64,000 nucleotides of DNA from Octopus sinensis. Taxonomy: Eukaryota. Location of the stretch: the NCBI RefSeq assembly GCF_006345805.1, contig NC_043017.1, positions 28,148,001 to 28,212,000 on the forward strand. Direction: 5' to 3'. The notes under the pieces were generated by a model. That model worked only from the letters and a program-made list of their open reading frames with translations. It was not told the DNA's origin and did no database searches. The translations under genes were made by a program, and so were the position numbers. Below are positions 1 through 12,960 of the stretch, piece after piece; position 1 is the stretch's first letter; each line of letters opens with the position of its first letter.

Positions 1-254
1 TTCTTCATATTTCCCTTCTAAGACGTTCCCTGTCATTTGATACATACACACACACGTGTGTGTGTGCGTATGTATGCTTGCATGTATGTTCATGTGCGTA
101 TGAGAGACCGAGTGTGTGATGGTATATTCTGGTAAAGTCTATTCTGGCGATGCATTGAGTATCTGATTGTCGTCGATATATTAGTATGCAATAACGGAAT
201 GGTGATCAATACCGTCGTAGCGGACGGTTATATATATATATTACACATATATAT

Positions 255-700
255 ATCACCGTGATCACCGTGACCGACCAGGCTATCAGCAATGCATCAA
301 TCCTGTCAGGGAGGATATAAACAAGTGCTCATCAAATAGACATTTTCACAAATATAAGAAACCACGGAAAATGTGAGATACATATGTATGTGTGTGCATA
401 TGCACACACTAACACACTCAAACATAGACGCATATATATATGTAGCTATCAGATGTTGCTTCGCATTGCTTTAGCCTTCAAATGACGCCACCCCGCTGGC
501 TAACCGAGCAGGCCAACAGAAGAAAGAGTGAGAGAAAGTTGTAGCGAAAGAGTACAGCAGGAATCGCCACTACCCTCTGCAGGAGACTCATGGAGCTTTA
601 GTTGTTTTCGCTCAAAAAACACTCACAACGCCCGGTCTGGGATTCGAAACCGCAATCCTTCGACCGCGAGTCCGCTGCCCTAACCACTAGGCCATTGCGC

Positions 701-703
<3 letters not shown>
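255..703 (-). mobile_element. SINE family B, tail type 1, interrupted by a ~155-bp local insertion
   Basis: Family B sequence at 255-289 and 445-703. Confidence 0.82.
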
Positions 704-737
<34 letters not shown>

Positions 738-772
738 GCATATAGGCGGCCACTCAGTGTCATCCCTCTTAT

Positions 773-990
773 ATGTCGCGTGTGTACCGTTGGCGATTTT
801 TCCCTCCGTCTTCCCTTCTTTGGATCTTTCCTTTTCCTATGTTTCTGACGAAGAGCTCCGCTCGTAACGTTAGACCCTCCTTCTTTCCTTCCTTCCTGAG
901 CGTCCAATAATACTATACTTGTTCCAAGTCCTCGCGTTGTTGTGTTTTCTCTTTGTGTTTTCTTGTTTGGATTAACTTTATATATATAAT
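773..990 (+). mobile_element. Family E short PLE-like element; hammerhead-like motif 841-875 (GAAA mutated to GTAA)
   Basis: GTTT CTGACGA A GAGC TCC GCTC GTAAC GTT AGAC. Homologous to 2041, 15135, 48470, 32576. Ends in (TA)n. Confidence 0.72.
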
Positions 991-1599
991 ATTATTTCAA
1001 ATTAATAATTACACGGTAGCTGAATGTGGTTGAGGTGTCCCAGGAAACAATGGTCTCACTTGTGTGGGATTTAATTCCGAGGAGAAGCAAGTGGTATTTA
1101 GGAGAAAATAGGTAAACAATTGAAAACGGAGACAAACGCTCAATATGACATTTATATCTTCATATCTTCGACATACATTTCGATGGATGCATTCAAAATA
1201 CATCAGACAAAATAAATAATGATCAGCAATGCATCAATCCTATCAGGGAGGATATAAACAAGTGCTCGTCAAATAGACATTTTAACAAATATAAGAAACC
1301 ACGGAAAATGTGACAGATACATATGTATGTGTGTTGTGTGTGCATATGCCCACACTAACACACTCAAACATACACGCATATATATATATATATGGTGGCT
1401 GCCCCCTCGTTATTGATTTTGTCCATTGCACGAAGCTTGATCAATGTTGTTATCGTGCAATGCCTGTGCAAGAAGAGGTTTTTTTTTTTAGTGAGAAAAG
1501 GCTCTGCACAGAGTCAATCCCACTCACTAAGCAACAGCAGCTATAATCCGAAAAGAATAACAAGTCAACATCATCGGTAACCACTGAGCCGCAAGTTTT

Positions 1600-1950
1600 A
1601 TGTCGGAGTTATCCCAGTTACCTGAGTTACCTTCTCCCAGAAGGATGCCCTAACAAAGGCTAGGAGTGCTTCACTCCCAATGGTTTAACCGTACGATCGG
1701 GTATTCAGTCCGATTATTTCTATGTCCCCGCGCATGATACAGCCTTAAGACATTTATTGGATGGCCGTTGACTCTCAAGAGTTCCTCCGCCCTTCGACGG
1801 GTTTTGGTTTTCATCCCGCAGGGTGTCAACTAAATACCCACCTCAACAAGCAAGCTTGGTGGGGTTGCCGGTTTAGTCGCCGACGACCCGACCATGCAAC
1901 AGGTTGTACTGTGTTACATGTTACCAGTAGCACTCGAAAGTGACCTGACA
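1600..1950 (+). mobile_element. Unclassified GC-richer repeat fragment, possibly an RTE-type 5' UTR
   Basis: CCTTCTCCCAGAAGGATGCCCTAACAAAGGCTAGGAG resembles recalled RTE 5' motifs. No second copy in the window. Confidence 0.3.
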
Positions 1951-2040
1951 TAAATATAATATATACATATATTTTTATATATATACACACATAGATACAT
2001 GTACCCAGGTACACATCTAGATATATACACGTCCACACAA

Positions 2041-2275
2041 AATGTGACCTCGTGTGTACTGTTGGCGATTTTTTCCCTCTGACTTCCCTTCTCTGAATCT
2101 TTCCTTCTCCTATGTTTCCGACGAAGAGCTCCGCTCGAAACGTTAAACCCTTCTTCTTCCCTTCCTTCCTGAACGTCCAATAATACTATATTTGTTCCAC
2201 GTCCTCGCGTTGTTGTGTTTTTTTTTTTTTTTAGCTTTCTTGTTTGGATTAACTATATATATATATATATATAAA
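2041..2275 (+). mobile_element. Family E short PLE-like element; hammerhead-like motif 2114-2148
   Basis: GTTT CCGACGA A GAGC TCC GCTC GAAAC GTT AAAC. 3' end runs into (TA)n. Confidence 0.78.
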
Positions 2276-2384
2276 TACATACATACGCATACGTTTATAG
2301 ACGTGTACGCCCACGTCCTTACAGACATTAATGCACGTATACACACACCACACACACACACACACACAACACACACACACACAC

Positions 2385-2426
<42 letters not shown>

Positions 2427-2535
2427 ATATATAATATACACATACACACTCATACGCACACATGTATATGTGTTCATATGGATATTATTATATGTATAAA
2501 TACACGTACAAAGTGCATAATCTGTAAATACGCAC

Positions 2536-2574
<39 letters not shown>

Positions 2575-3072
2575 TCCCTCGCACATACATTCACACAAAT
2601 ATATGGTAACCTATAAGTGCGTACGTCAAATTTCTTTTATCTCTGCGCGAGCCTGTGTGCGTGTGTGTGTCACTTCTCTGTATATTTTTCAAACGTCATG
2701 TTGTATAATTTTTATTTACTTTTGGATCATACCTTCCTTTCTAAAACTATCGAATATATATCTGTCAAATAGTTCTTAGAAATGCTGTAGTTCTTTGTTT
2801 TGTTAATTTTCCATTTAGATTCTTTTGTATGAAAATCCTATTCCCTTATGTCGGAAATAGAAATAACTTACAAACCAATACGCTCTGAATTATTTTAAAA
2901 AAAAATATTTTCGTTTCATTTTATTTAGTTTCTTTTCTCTATAAAATATTTTAATTAGAGGATTGTGCTTACATGCTATCTTAAAGGTGTCGAAAGATAT
3001 CATTTTCAGATTTACATGCGTGGATTTGGTAGATGGAACCCGAAAGAAGTCTATTGTGTATGTGTGTGTGTG

Positions 3073-3166
<94 letters not shown>

Positions 3167-3171
3167 ATATG

Positions 3172-3483
3172 AGTGGCTGTGTGGTAAGTAGCTTGCTTAC
3201 CAACAATACAGCAACATAGTTCTAGGTTCAGTCCCACTGCGTGGCACCTTGGACAAGTGTCTTCTATAACCCCGAGTCGACCAAAGCCTTGTGAGTGGAT
3301 TTGATGGACGGAAACTGAAAGAAGCCCGTCATATATATATATATGTTGGTGTTTCTGATAAGTGACCGATAGAATGTGTGTCCGATAAGAGACCGAAGAG
3401 ACCGATAGAATAAGTACTAGGCTTACAAAGAATAAGTCCTGGGGTCAATTTGCTCGACTAAAGGCGGTGCTCCAGCATGGCCG
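3172..3483 (+). mobile_element. SINE family A, internally deleted
   Basis: Head and tail modules match 4482-4900. Confidence 0.8.
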
Positions 3484-3847
3484 AATAAAGAAATAAATCC
3501 TCCTCCGTCCTTTTCCTCTGCCTCTCTCTCCCTGTTCATTTGACTCCCTCATCTCTTTCTTCAATGACGGAATGGAGAGAGAAATATTGAATGGGAGACA
3601 CATATACGGTTTGAGAAAAACAGAGAGGGAGCGGATCGGCGGGGTTATGATTGTGGATGTTAGGAAAACTGAATAACAATCATCCACAGAAATCTTTTCT
3701 TGCAAATTCCTTCACCATTATCTTTTCATGTAAATCGCAACGGATTAAATTTCGCAAAGAATGCAGCATATGTCTAATCTCAAAATATCTCTGTGGTCTT
3801 TAATTTATCTAACACCCTCTATTTATAAGGATCGCTGAGGATACATA

Positions 3848-4241
3848 TCTTTATATATAAAAGTAAGGTTGTGTGCTGTCTGTCTCCTACGATTTAGATT
3901 CCTAACTACTCCCACATTTTGCGGTGCAGTTTAACGAAAACCGGGTATCTTATAGTCGTGATTCATATAAAGCCCTTCTAGGTATTAGCGCGCGTCTACG
4001 ATGAGTCTACGATTTAAAAAATAATTTACCATCATTTTTTTCCATTTTAATGCATATTTTTAATATAAGGGAAGTAACTCTCTAAAAATGTCTACGATGA
4101 GTCAACGATTTAAAAAAATTTACCATAATTTTTTTTTTCCATTTTTTATGCATTTTTTGCTATTTTTTGGCTATAACTCTCTAAAAATGCTTTATAGTTA
4201 TTTCCCTTACAAACCCGAGCAACGCCGGGCGATACTGCTAG
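3848..4241 (+). mobile_element. Non-autonomous Helitron (family H1)
   Basis: A|TC start, CTAG|T end, subterminal hairpin CCCG-agcaacgc-CGGG, no TSD. Internal ~65-bp duplication (~3996 and ~4090). Second copy at 37851. Confidence 0.85.
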
Positions 4242-4481
4242 TTTGATATAAGCACTAAACATTCTAAGGTGTATTTCTCCTCAAAACATTTCTCATTGCT
4301 CATCTTGACTGGCCGGGGAGAAACTTGAAAACAACCACATATTATTACAGCGTTTTTGCTTGATATCAGAACGCAGATTTCCAATTCATTCATTCATTCT
4401 ACGTTAAGTGTTATACTAATTTCTTTGAAGAGCAACGTAATGTACTATACCGATAAATGAGAATTCATTGTTGATATGTAT

Positions 4482-4900
4482 AGGCGCAGGAGTGGCTGTG
4501 TGGTAAGTAGCTTGTTTACCAACCACATGGTTTCGGGTTCAGTCCCACCGCGTGGCACTTTTGGGAAAGTTTCTTCTACTATAGCCTCGGGCCGACCAAA
4601 GCCTTGTGAGTGGATTTGGTAGACGGAAACTGAAGGAAGCACGTCGTATATATATTATATATATATATATATATATGTGCGTGTGTGTGTTTGTGTGTCT
4701 GTTTGTCCCCATAGCATTGCTTGACAACCGATGCTGGTGTGTTTAAGTCCCCGTCACTTAGCGGTTCGGCAAAAAGAGACCGATAGAATTAGTACCGGGC
4801 TTACAAAAGTATAAGTCCTGGGGTCGAGTTGCTCTATTAAAAGGCGGTGCTCCAGCATGGCCGCAGTCAAATGACTGAAACAAGTAAAAGAGTAAAAGAG
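4482..4900 (+). mobile_element. SINE family A, full length (tRNA-like head, central (TA)n(TG)n, LINE-like hairpin tail)
   Basis: A-box TGGCTGTGTGG, B-box GGTTCAGTCCC, tail GGCGGTGCTCCAGCATGGCCGCAGTCAAATGACTGAAAC(AAGTAAAAGAG)n. Confidence 0.88.
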
Positions 4901-4969
4901 TATGTAAAATGATTGTTGATATCTAAAGGTCATATAGTTAGAGGGATTTCAAGGACCAGCTTATGCCTG

Positions 4970-5214
4970 GATGTAGTCATGTCTTTTACAAAATATTTAG
5001 GAGGGATGTAGTCATGTCTTTTACAAAATATTTAGGAGGGATGTACTCATGTCTTTTACAAAATATTTAGGAGGGATGTACTCATGTCTTTTACAAAATA
5101 TTTAGGAGGGATGTACTCATGTCTTTTACAAAATATTTAGGAGGGATGTACTCATGTCTTTTACAAAATATTTAGGAGGGATGTACTCATGTCTTTTACA
5201 AAATATTTAGGAGA
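4970..5214. repeat. Minisatellite, 7 x 35 bp (ATGTA[G/C]TCATGTCTTTTACAAAATATTTAGGAGGG)
   Basis: Units start at 4971, 5006, 5041, 5076, 5111, 5146, 5181. The first two carry G, the last five C. Confidence 0.97.
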
Positions 5215-5449
5215 CGTGTAACTTAACTAAAAGAAACCGCATTCAGAGGAATAGTGCTTTGAATATAACTTCTTGTGCGCCATTCTAAGTACGTTTAGTT
5301 TATTAATAGATTTATTTCTGGTCAGATAATGTGCGCAATTCGCCTCTACAGACTATGGTTTCTTCTTCCACCCTGAAAACATGCCAGTTTTTAAATGAAT
5401 AATGTTTCGATTCGTTAAGAAATAACAAGACAATTCCTTGTTCAGAGCA

Positions 5450-5880
5450 GATGGAATTGACAAACCCACATCTTCTCTGGCATCAATACAAAAATAATGT
5501 ATGTCAGAAGGCTATCAAAACTAAGCCAAACTACAGAATGGTGATGTGTACACGGAATTTTTTCTCCCCGGCATTTATAATGAAATGCCAGAGTCATATA
5601 AAAATACGTTGGTAGTAGAAGAAATTGCTCAATCTTTGCCTCAATTTCTGAATGAAGATGTAACTCACTCGTTGACTAACTATAAACCGACATGAACCGG
5701 CACCATGAACAGAAGTGAACATAAATACTGAGAGGATTTTTCATTGATAATCCTAGTGGCATAACTAAGGCATTCCTTAACAACGGCCTGCTTCCAAAAG
5801 TAGGATAAGTTCGCAGTTTACGTATGCTGTTGCATAAGTTGGCTATCTGTAGGGTGCTACAACGGCACACATTTTATATT
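5450..5880 (+). pseudogene. Decayed Helitron RepHel (Pif1-like helicase) fragment
   Basis: Across frameshifts and stops: TNPHLLWHQYKN..MSEGYQN*AKLQN..F.PGIYNE, then GFFIDNPSGITKAFLNNGLLPKV (cf. FFLDAPGGTGKTFLIN.LLAKV), then YAVA*VG...GATTAH (cf. AVASSGIA...GGRTAH). Confidence 0.62.
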
Positions 5881-6091
5881 AGCTGTTGGCTAACCCCTAT
5901 GCAACATGAAACTAGAGAAACAGATCACTGAAGTGCAAGCTTCAGCAAAGATTGTAGAATATCACTTGAGATAAAGCACCTGTGCTACAAACAAGAAGTG
6001 TAAACCTTTGGTCGGGTAAAACTGCATCTGGTTAATAAAATGTATAATAGATCTTAATATGCAGGTAGTTAGTGATTTAAAAAAGAAAGGG

Positions 6092-6168
6092 CGTCTTCTA
6101 CTGTAGCCTCGGGCCAACCAAAGCCTTGTGAGTGGATTTAGTAGACGGAAACTGAAAAGAAGCCCGTC

Positions 6169-6204
<36 letters not shown>

Positions 6205-6412
6205 CGGGAAACTTTATGAAAATAAACAAAAGACGAAGGCAGGTGGAGTACAAACAAACAAATGTATTAGGATGGCGCTCAGGAATATAAATAAAATAAG
6301 TCTTTTACGTTTCGAGCCTACGCTCTTCAACAGAAAGATACACAGAAAAGAAACACAGAAAGAAACAAGGAGAGAAAAAAATACGTGCAGCGGCTAGCGA
6401 ATCAACATGGTG

Positions 6413-6443
<31 letters not shown>

Positions 6444-6644
6444 GTGTGTCTGTGTTTGTCCCCCCATGATCGCTTGACAACCGAAGCTCTCGTATTTACG
6501 TCGCCGTAAATTAGCGGTTCGGCAAAAGAGACCGATAGAATAAGTACTGGGCATACAAAGAATAAGTCCTGGGGTCGATTTCCTCGACTAAAGGCGGTGC
6601 TCCAGCATGGCCGCAGTCAAATGACTGAAACAAGTAAAAGAGTA
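6092..6644 (+). mobile_element. SINE family A, 5'-truncated, interrupted by a family D element
   Basis: Homology to 4570-4900 on both sides of 6202-6410. Confidence 0.82.
6202..6410 (-). mobile_element. Family D short PLE-like element; variant hammerhead-like motif 6302-6337; nested in a SINE-A microsatellite
   Basis: Minus strand: CTTT CTGTTGA A GAGC GTAG GCTC GAAAC GTA AAAG. Confidence 0.72.
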
Positions 6645-6749
6645 ATACCTCTAGTGTCACGAAATATTCAGAACATGTTTGTTTGAAAACCGAATGTCTA
6701 TAATTTCAAGTTCAGAAACTTTGCATTTGTAACCATATATATATTCGTT

Positions 6750-7168
6750 TATTCTTTTACTTGTTTCTGCCATTTGACCCCGGTCATGCTGGAGCACCGT
6801 CTAAAAGAGTGTTAGTCGAAGAAATCGCCCCTAGAAATTATTCTTTGTAAGCTTAGTATTTATTCTATCCGTCACTTTTGCCGAAACGCTAAGTTACGGA
6901 GGCGTAAGCACACCGACATCGGTTGTCAAGAGACGATGGGAAGACAACCACAAGCATAAACACACACACATAAATATACATACATATATACATACATACA
7001 TATACGACGGTATTCCTTCAGTTTCCTTCTACCAAATCCATTCCCAACGCTTTGGTCGGCCACAGGCTATAATAGAAGACACTTAGCCAAGGTGTATGCA
7101 GTGGGACTGAACTCAAAACCATGCGATTGGGAAGCTGGCTTCTTACCACACAGCAATGTCTGCACCTA
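6750..7168 (-). mobile_element. SINE family A, diverged full-length copy
   Basis: Reverse complement of the family A consensus. Confidence 0.8.
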
Positions 7169-7524
7169 TGTTCTTCAATAGTATTAATGGTACTCGTGAT
7201 ATCCTTATCCGGTCACTCCAAGTTTCAAGTTAACACTGGATCCATTGGTTGGGTATATGAATTTTAACGGATCCAATTTCCCGTCCGATTCAGCATCATG
7301 TCAACCGACAGGATATCCCTAAGACAAACAGTGAACATTGTTGCAATGTATATGAATAAACATGTTTTCCTTCCATAGTTAAATTTATACTCGTAATAGG
7401 GTTATAAAGCCTAAATATTTCTTCATCGTACGATCAAAGAGAACAGGAATAGAAATATTGTCCCAAGGAAATATACAGAATTCAGTGACAATATATAGAA
7501 GTTATAATTCATTATTAATATATA

Positions 7525-7720
7525 CTCTTTCACATGTTTCAGTCATTTGACTGTGGCCATGCTGGAGCACCGCCTTTTATTCGAGCAAATCGACTCCTGG
7601 ACTTATTCTTTGTAAGCCTGGTACTTATTCTATCGGTCTATTTTGCCTAACCGGTAAGTTACGGGGACGTAAACACACCAGCATCGGTTGTCAAGCGATG
7701 TTGGGAGAGGGAAACAAACA
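7525..7720 (-). mobile_element. SINE family A, tail half
   Basis: CAGTCATTTGACTGTGGCCATGCTGGAGCACCGCC...CGGTTGTCAAGCG. Confidence 0.8.
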
Positions 7721-7742
7721 CACACACACACATATATATATG

Positions 7743-7773
<31 letters not shown>

Positions 7774-8084
7774 GTGGCCAACTGGTTTTTAACATGTTAA
7801 ATAAATATAAATTCATCGCGATTTTCAGATCAAATAATAATTTCATATCCTAGGGACAACGTAAAAAAATTGCAATCATAGATATGAATCACAAATATAT
7901 TATAGTCAAGGTAAATTTGCATTAGCAATAAAAAAGAAGGTAAAGAAAATGTGATGATCACGCAGGGAATGCAATTTAGATTGCAGGTAACTGAAACAAT
8001 ACTCGAAAAAATTTCAAGGACGAAAACATAATCTATAAAGTTGCTAATTAGAAATATGTAGAACTTAGGCACGAAGCAGATTTG

Positions 8085-8108
8085 CACAATCTATGTGTGT
8101 ATATATAT

Positions 8109-8149
<41 letters not shown>

Positions 8150-8690
8150 TATATATAATATATATATATATTATATATATTATATATATATATGTATATA
8201 TGTATATAATGTATATAGGTATATATATGTATATAGGTATATATATGTATATATGTTATATGTGTATATATGTATAAATATATACGTATAATGTTATAAT
8301 ATATACGTATATGTATATATAGTATAAATATATACGTATGATTGTATATATATGTATATAATATATAAGTATATATATATATATATAACGTATATGTATA
8401 TATATACGTATATGTATGTTGTATATATACGTATACGTATGTATGTAATATTATATATATACGTATATGTATATACGTTATATATATATATATATATAAT
8501 ATATAGTACATATATGTATATGTATATACGTGTATGTATATATACGTGTATGTATATATACGTCTATGTATATACGTATATGTATATACGTGTATATATG
8601 TATGTATATATATATGTATATGTATTTATATATATATATATACTCATACACACATACATATGTATGTATACAGGATATTACATTATATAA
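8085..8690. repeat. Degenerate (TA)n/(TATG)n tract
   Basis: Direct inspection. Similar tracts at 9070-9300, 26870-27260, 32680-33060, 34590-34910, 41580-41800 and 56200-56955. Confidence 0.95.
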
Positions 8691-9614
8691 AAACGTATTT
8701 ACATAAGCATGTACATTTAATATATAACTCATCTGTGTGTGAGTGTGTACCTGAGGAAGAGAAGTTCCATATGATATATGTTTAGAACGAATCTGCTGAG
8801 CTAAGAAAATTAGATTTCCTACTGTTACATTCATAATTTCTAATATATTTTATCCCGCTTTGTCTCTTTAATTCGTCTGCATATTTTCTTTGTATATTTC
8901 ATGATGCTAATAATATGTTCTAATTTGAAGTGTTCTCATCATCATGCGTCCCCAGATTATTGTTGAAAAATTCTAATCAACTACAACAGAAATAATGTCA
9001 CTATATTCTAATTAACTTGCTATGCTTCATATTTTTCCCCCAGTCCCCAAAGCACACGTTTTACACATGAACTATATATATATATATAAACACATGTATA
9101 ATTATATATATAAACACATATATAATTATATATATGTATATAAACATATATAATTATATATATATACACATATACAATTATATATATATAAACACATATA
9201 CAATTATATATATAAACACATATATAATTATATATATATAAACACATATATAATTGTATATATATATATTTAATAAATGTATATATGATTATATATACAT
9301 ATATATAAATGCATCTCTGTATGTGTGCATTCAAAATCATGTGTATATATGCATAAATATATTTGTGCATACATGTGTAGGTGATTCTGCTTGCGTATAA
9401 ACACCAATATGCATACGGGGATATATTTGTGTAAATATACATTTCATTTTCGTACGTAATCACTTATATGCGCACACTCGAAAACACGCAGCTATATATG
9501 TGTGTGTGTGTTTGTGTATGTATGTCTGCATATGCATATATATATATATACACATACACATATGAACAAATATACATATTTGTATACATACATATATGAC
9601 TGTATGATTACCTA

Positions 9615-9845
9615 TTTTTGTTTGTTTTTTGTTTTTCCAGTTTCAGCTCTTGAGCTGTGGCCATGCTGGGGCACCGCCATTGTGGTGTGAAGAGTAGTAC
9701 AGCAGGGATCACCACCCCCTGCCGGAGCCCGTAGAAGCTTTTAGGTGTTTTCGCTCAATAAAGACACACAACGCCCGGTCTGAGAATCGAAACCGCGATC
9801 CTCGGACCGCGAGTCCGCGCCCTAACCACTAGGCCATTGCGCCTC
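9615..9845 (-). mobile_element. Chimeric SINE: family B head joined to the LINE 3' tail
   Basis: Minus strand: B head...CTGTACTACTCTTCACACCAC-AATGGCGGTGCCCCAGCATGGCCACAGCTCAAGAGCTGAAAC followed by an A-rich tail. Confidence 0.75.
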
Positions 9846-9888
9846 TACGTATAGTTCTTATTTATATATATATATATTATATATATAT

Positions 9889-9923
<35 letters not shown>

Positions 9924-9939
9924 CTATATATATATTATA

Positions 9940-9988
<49 letters not shown>

Positions 9989-10636
9989 GTGGACGTTGAT
10001 ATGGATTTTCAAAGTGAATATAGAATATTACCTAAATGAAAGAGGCCATGCTAAGATACAATCAAATTTATTAGACGTTTGATTATAGATCAATTTTCAA
10101 TTGACATCTTGTCTAATGGCACACACACTCTTCATGCGCACACCCAGGGACTGACAGACGCGCACATACACACATGAGCGGGCGCATATGTACGTAAAAT
10201 GCGTGTAGAAAATCTTCTGACAGGGCATTAGTCAACTCGTATTCAAGGTGGAAGACAATTGACGATTGCTGTTATGGTGTTGGATCGAATCCCTAATACC
10301 GTATTTGCAAACTTATTAACCCACGAACCATCTCTGTGCCTATACAAATCGTACACACACACACACACACACGCATACACACACCTCAGTGCTCGAATGG
10401 TATTTATGTCATTGACACAAGTGATTAAAGGTGATTAAATTTGAAGATGTCACTTTTTGAAATAAGAGCCCAAATGCCGGTAGAAATGTTGCTTATAATT
10501 GTTTCCGGCTCTTTAATAACTCTGACGTCTCATCGCTTTATTAATCTGAAATAACACCAAGAAACCATTATATTAGAGGCATACATTTTTTCTGATTATT
10601 TAACGTGTTTTAAAATAAATATATTTCTGTAAACTG

Positions 10637-10791
10637 TCGCAGGCGTGGTTTTGTTCGTAGAAAGTTGCTTCCCAACCTTGTGGTTTCAGGTTCAGTCCCA
10701 TTGTGGAACCCCCTGGGCAAGTATCTTCTACTATAGCGTCGGGCCGACCCAAGCGTGGTGAGTGGATATGGAAGACGGAAATTCTTGTGTG

Positions 10792-10875
<84 letters not shown>

Positions 10876-11265
10876 CACGTGTGTGTGTGTGTGTATGTGC
10901 ACGTGTGTGTGTGTGTATGTGCACGTGTGTGTGTGCGTGTGTGTGTGTATGTGTATGTGCACGTGTGTGTGTGTGTATGTGCACGTGTGGTGTGTGTGTG
11001 TGTGTGTGCACGTGTATTGTGTGTGTGTGTGTATGTGCACGTGTATGTGTATGTGTGTGTGTGCACGTGTATGTGTATATGTGAGTATGTGTGTGTTCCA
11101 GAACCGACTGACAACAAATATTGATGTGTTTACATCCCAATAACTTAGCGGTTCGGCGAAAGACCTGATAGAATAAGTAACAGATTGAACAACATATAAG
11201 TAGCAGGGGGTTGATTGATTGAAGTTGCTGAAGTTTGTGCCCCAGCATGGCCGCTGTATAATGAC
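10637..11265 (+). mobile_element. SINE family A, diverged, with expanded central (GTGCAC-interrupted TG)n array
   Basis: Head at 10637-10790, array at 10790-11095, tail to ~11265. Confidence 0.75.
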
Positions 11266-12552
11266 TACTTCAAGGGAAAGATAAGAGATAAACTCATAAC
11301 GAAGGACAGATTTGTAACACAATTTTTGTAACGTCTGTGGTCTGTGGATATAAATTCGTTATTTTAGCCTAGCCGTAGGTGATAATGTCTCAAAAGATAG
11401 ATGTCTTAACGTTAGCAAAATCCAAAGCCTATTTAATAATATTGTGTGAGTTGTAAAGTTGCTATATTTCTATGGAATATAGAATTAATGGCTACTGGAT
11501 CATTGTGTTCATAGAATTGCATTTTAAATGAATAATTACTCTCTTTTACTGGGTTTGTTGTGTTTATTTTTAAAACTCAAAATATACTTAACCATTGACA
11601 GTATTTTGAAAACTGAAAATGGAATCCAAATTACATATATTGGCTTTTAACTGAGCAGATTGTTAAACCAATATCCATTCTGACATCACATGAAAAGCAT
11701 TCCGTTCGGTAACGCAATGCATTATGACTGCATCTATCATTGAGAAGACAAGATATATATTAACGTTACAACTACACTAAGGTATTCAGAAATATGTATA
11801 TTTGTGTCTGTGTAAACATGGCTTCCTCATATTTGATATTACTGTAGCGAAAATTTTCAGTGCAGCTTCAAGTAGATTCTATTCCATTATTTTAAGAGTT
11901 AGTAAATTTTATATATTTAAACCGTGGGCGTATTTGTATTGTATTGATAATGGAAATTGTTTTAAAAGATAATTCTCTTGTGTCTTGCATTATAAATTTT
12001 CTTTAAATTCACTGTCAGCTAAAGACTAAATTTGGAGTTAATATAGCATCGCTTAATTGCACTTCATTAAATTCAACGATGGAGATCGTTATAGTAATCT
12101 TATTGACGATAATATATCTTGATTACGAATGGATACTTATAGAGCTTATTTGTATGCAAGGGTTTTGTATTGAATTAGTGAGACTAATAAAACGCACCTT
12201 ATATACTAACGATCTAATCAACCTCCCATTATCGGAGAGAGACTCTAGTTGGTAACATTAGTAAAGGATTGAATAGTCATTTAGTAGCTCCTCGCAGTGT
12301 AACGTTGATTCGTTTGAAGAGATTCTGATTAAAACAGAATTCACGTAACGTACAAATAATACGAACACGATTACAAAAAGATAGAATTCGTCTGTTTCGG
12401 AATATATTCCAGTCATTATATTAGAAGTGTCTACATAAAGCTTGCTTCCCAACCACCTTCAGACAGTAACTTCTACTGTAGCCCTGAGCCGACCAAGGCC
12501 TTATGAGTGGATTTTGTAGAGTCTGAAAGAAGCTCGTCGTATATACGTATAT

Positions 12553-12960
12553 GCGCAGGAGTGGCAGTGTGGTAAGTAGCTTGTTTACCAACCACATGGT
12601 TCCTGGTTCAGTCCCACTGCATGGCAACTTGAGCAAGTGTCTTCTACTATAGCCTCGGGCCAACCAAAGCCTTGTGAGTGGATTTGGTAGACGGAAACTG
12701 AAAGAAGCCCGTCGTATATATGTGTATATATATATATGTGTGTGTGTGCGTGTATGTTTGTATGTCTGTGTTTGTCCCCCCAGCCCGCTTGACAATTGAT
12801 ACCGGTGCGTTTATGTCCCCGTCACTTTGCGGTTCGGCAAAAGAGTCCGATAGAATAAGTACTAGGCTTACAAAGAATAAGTCCCGGGGTCGAGTTGCTC
12901 GATAAAAAGGCGGTGCTCCAGCACAGCCGCAGTCAAATGACTGAAACAAGTAAAGAGAGT
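12553..12960 (+). mobile_element. SINE family A, full length, directly abutting the LINE fragment
   Basis: Complete head, core and tail. A partial copy precedes it at ~12430-12545. Confidence 0.88.

Noticed and set aside
4970-5214. CRISPR-like array
   Set aside because: The units are contiguous with no unique spacers, and the context is eukaryotic.
10420-10560. Weak imperfect palindrome
   Set aside because: Arms are too degenerate to call a MITE or structured RNA, and there is no second copy in the window.
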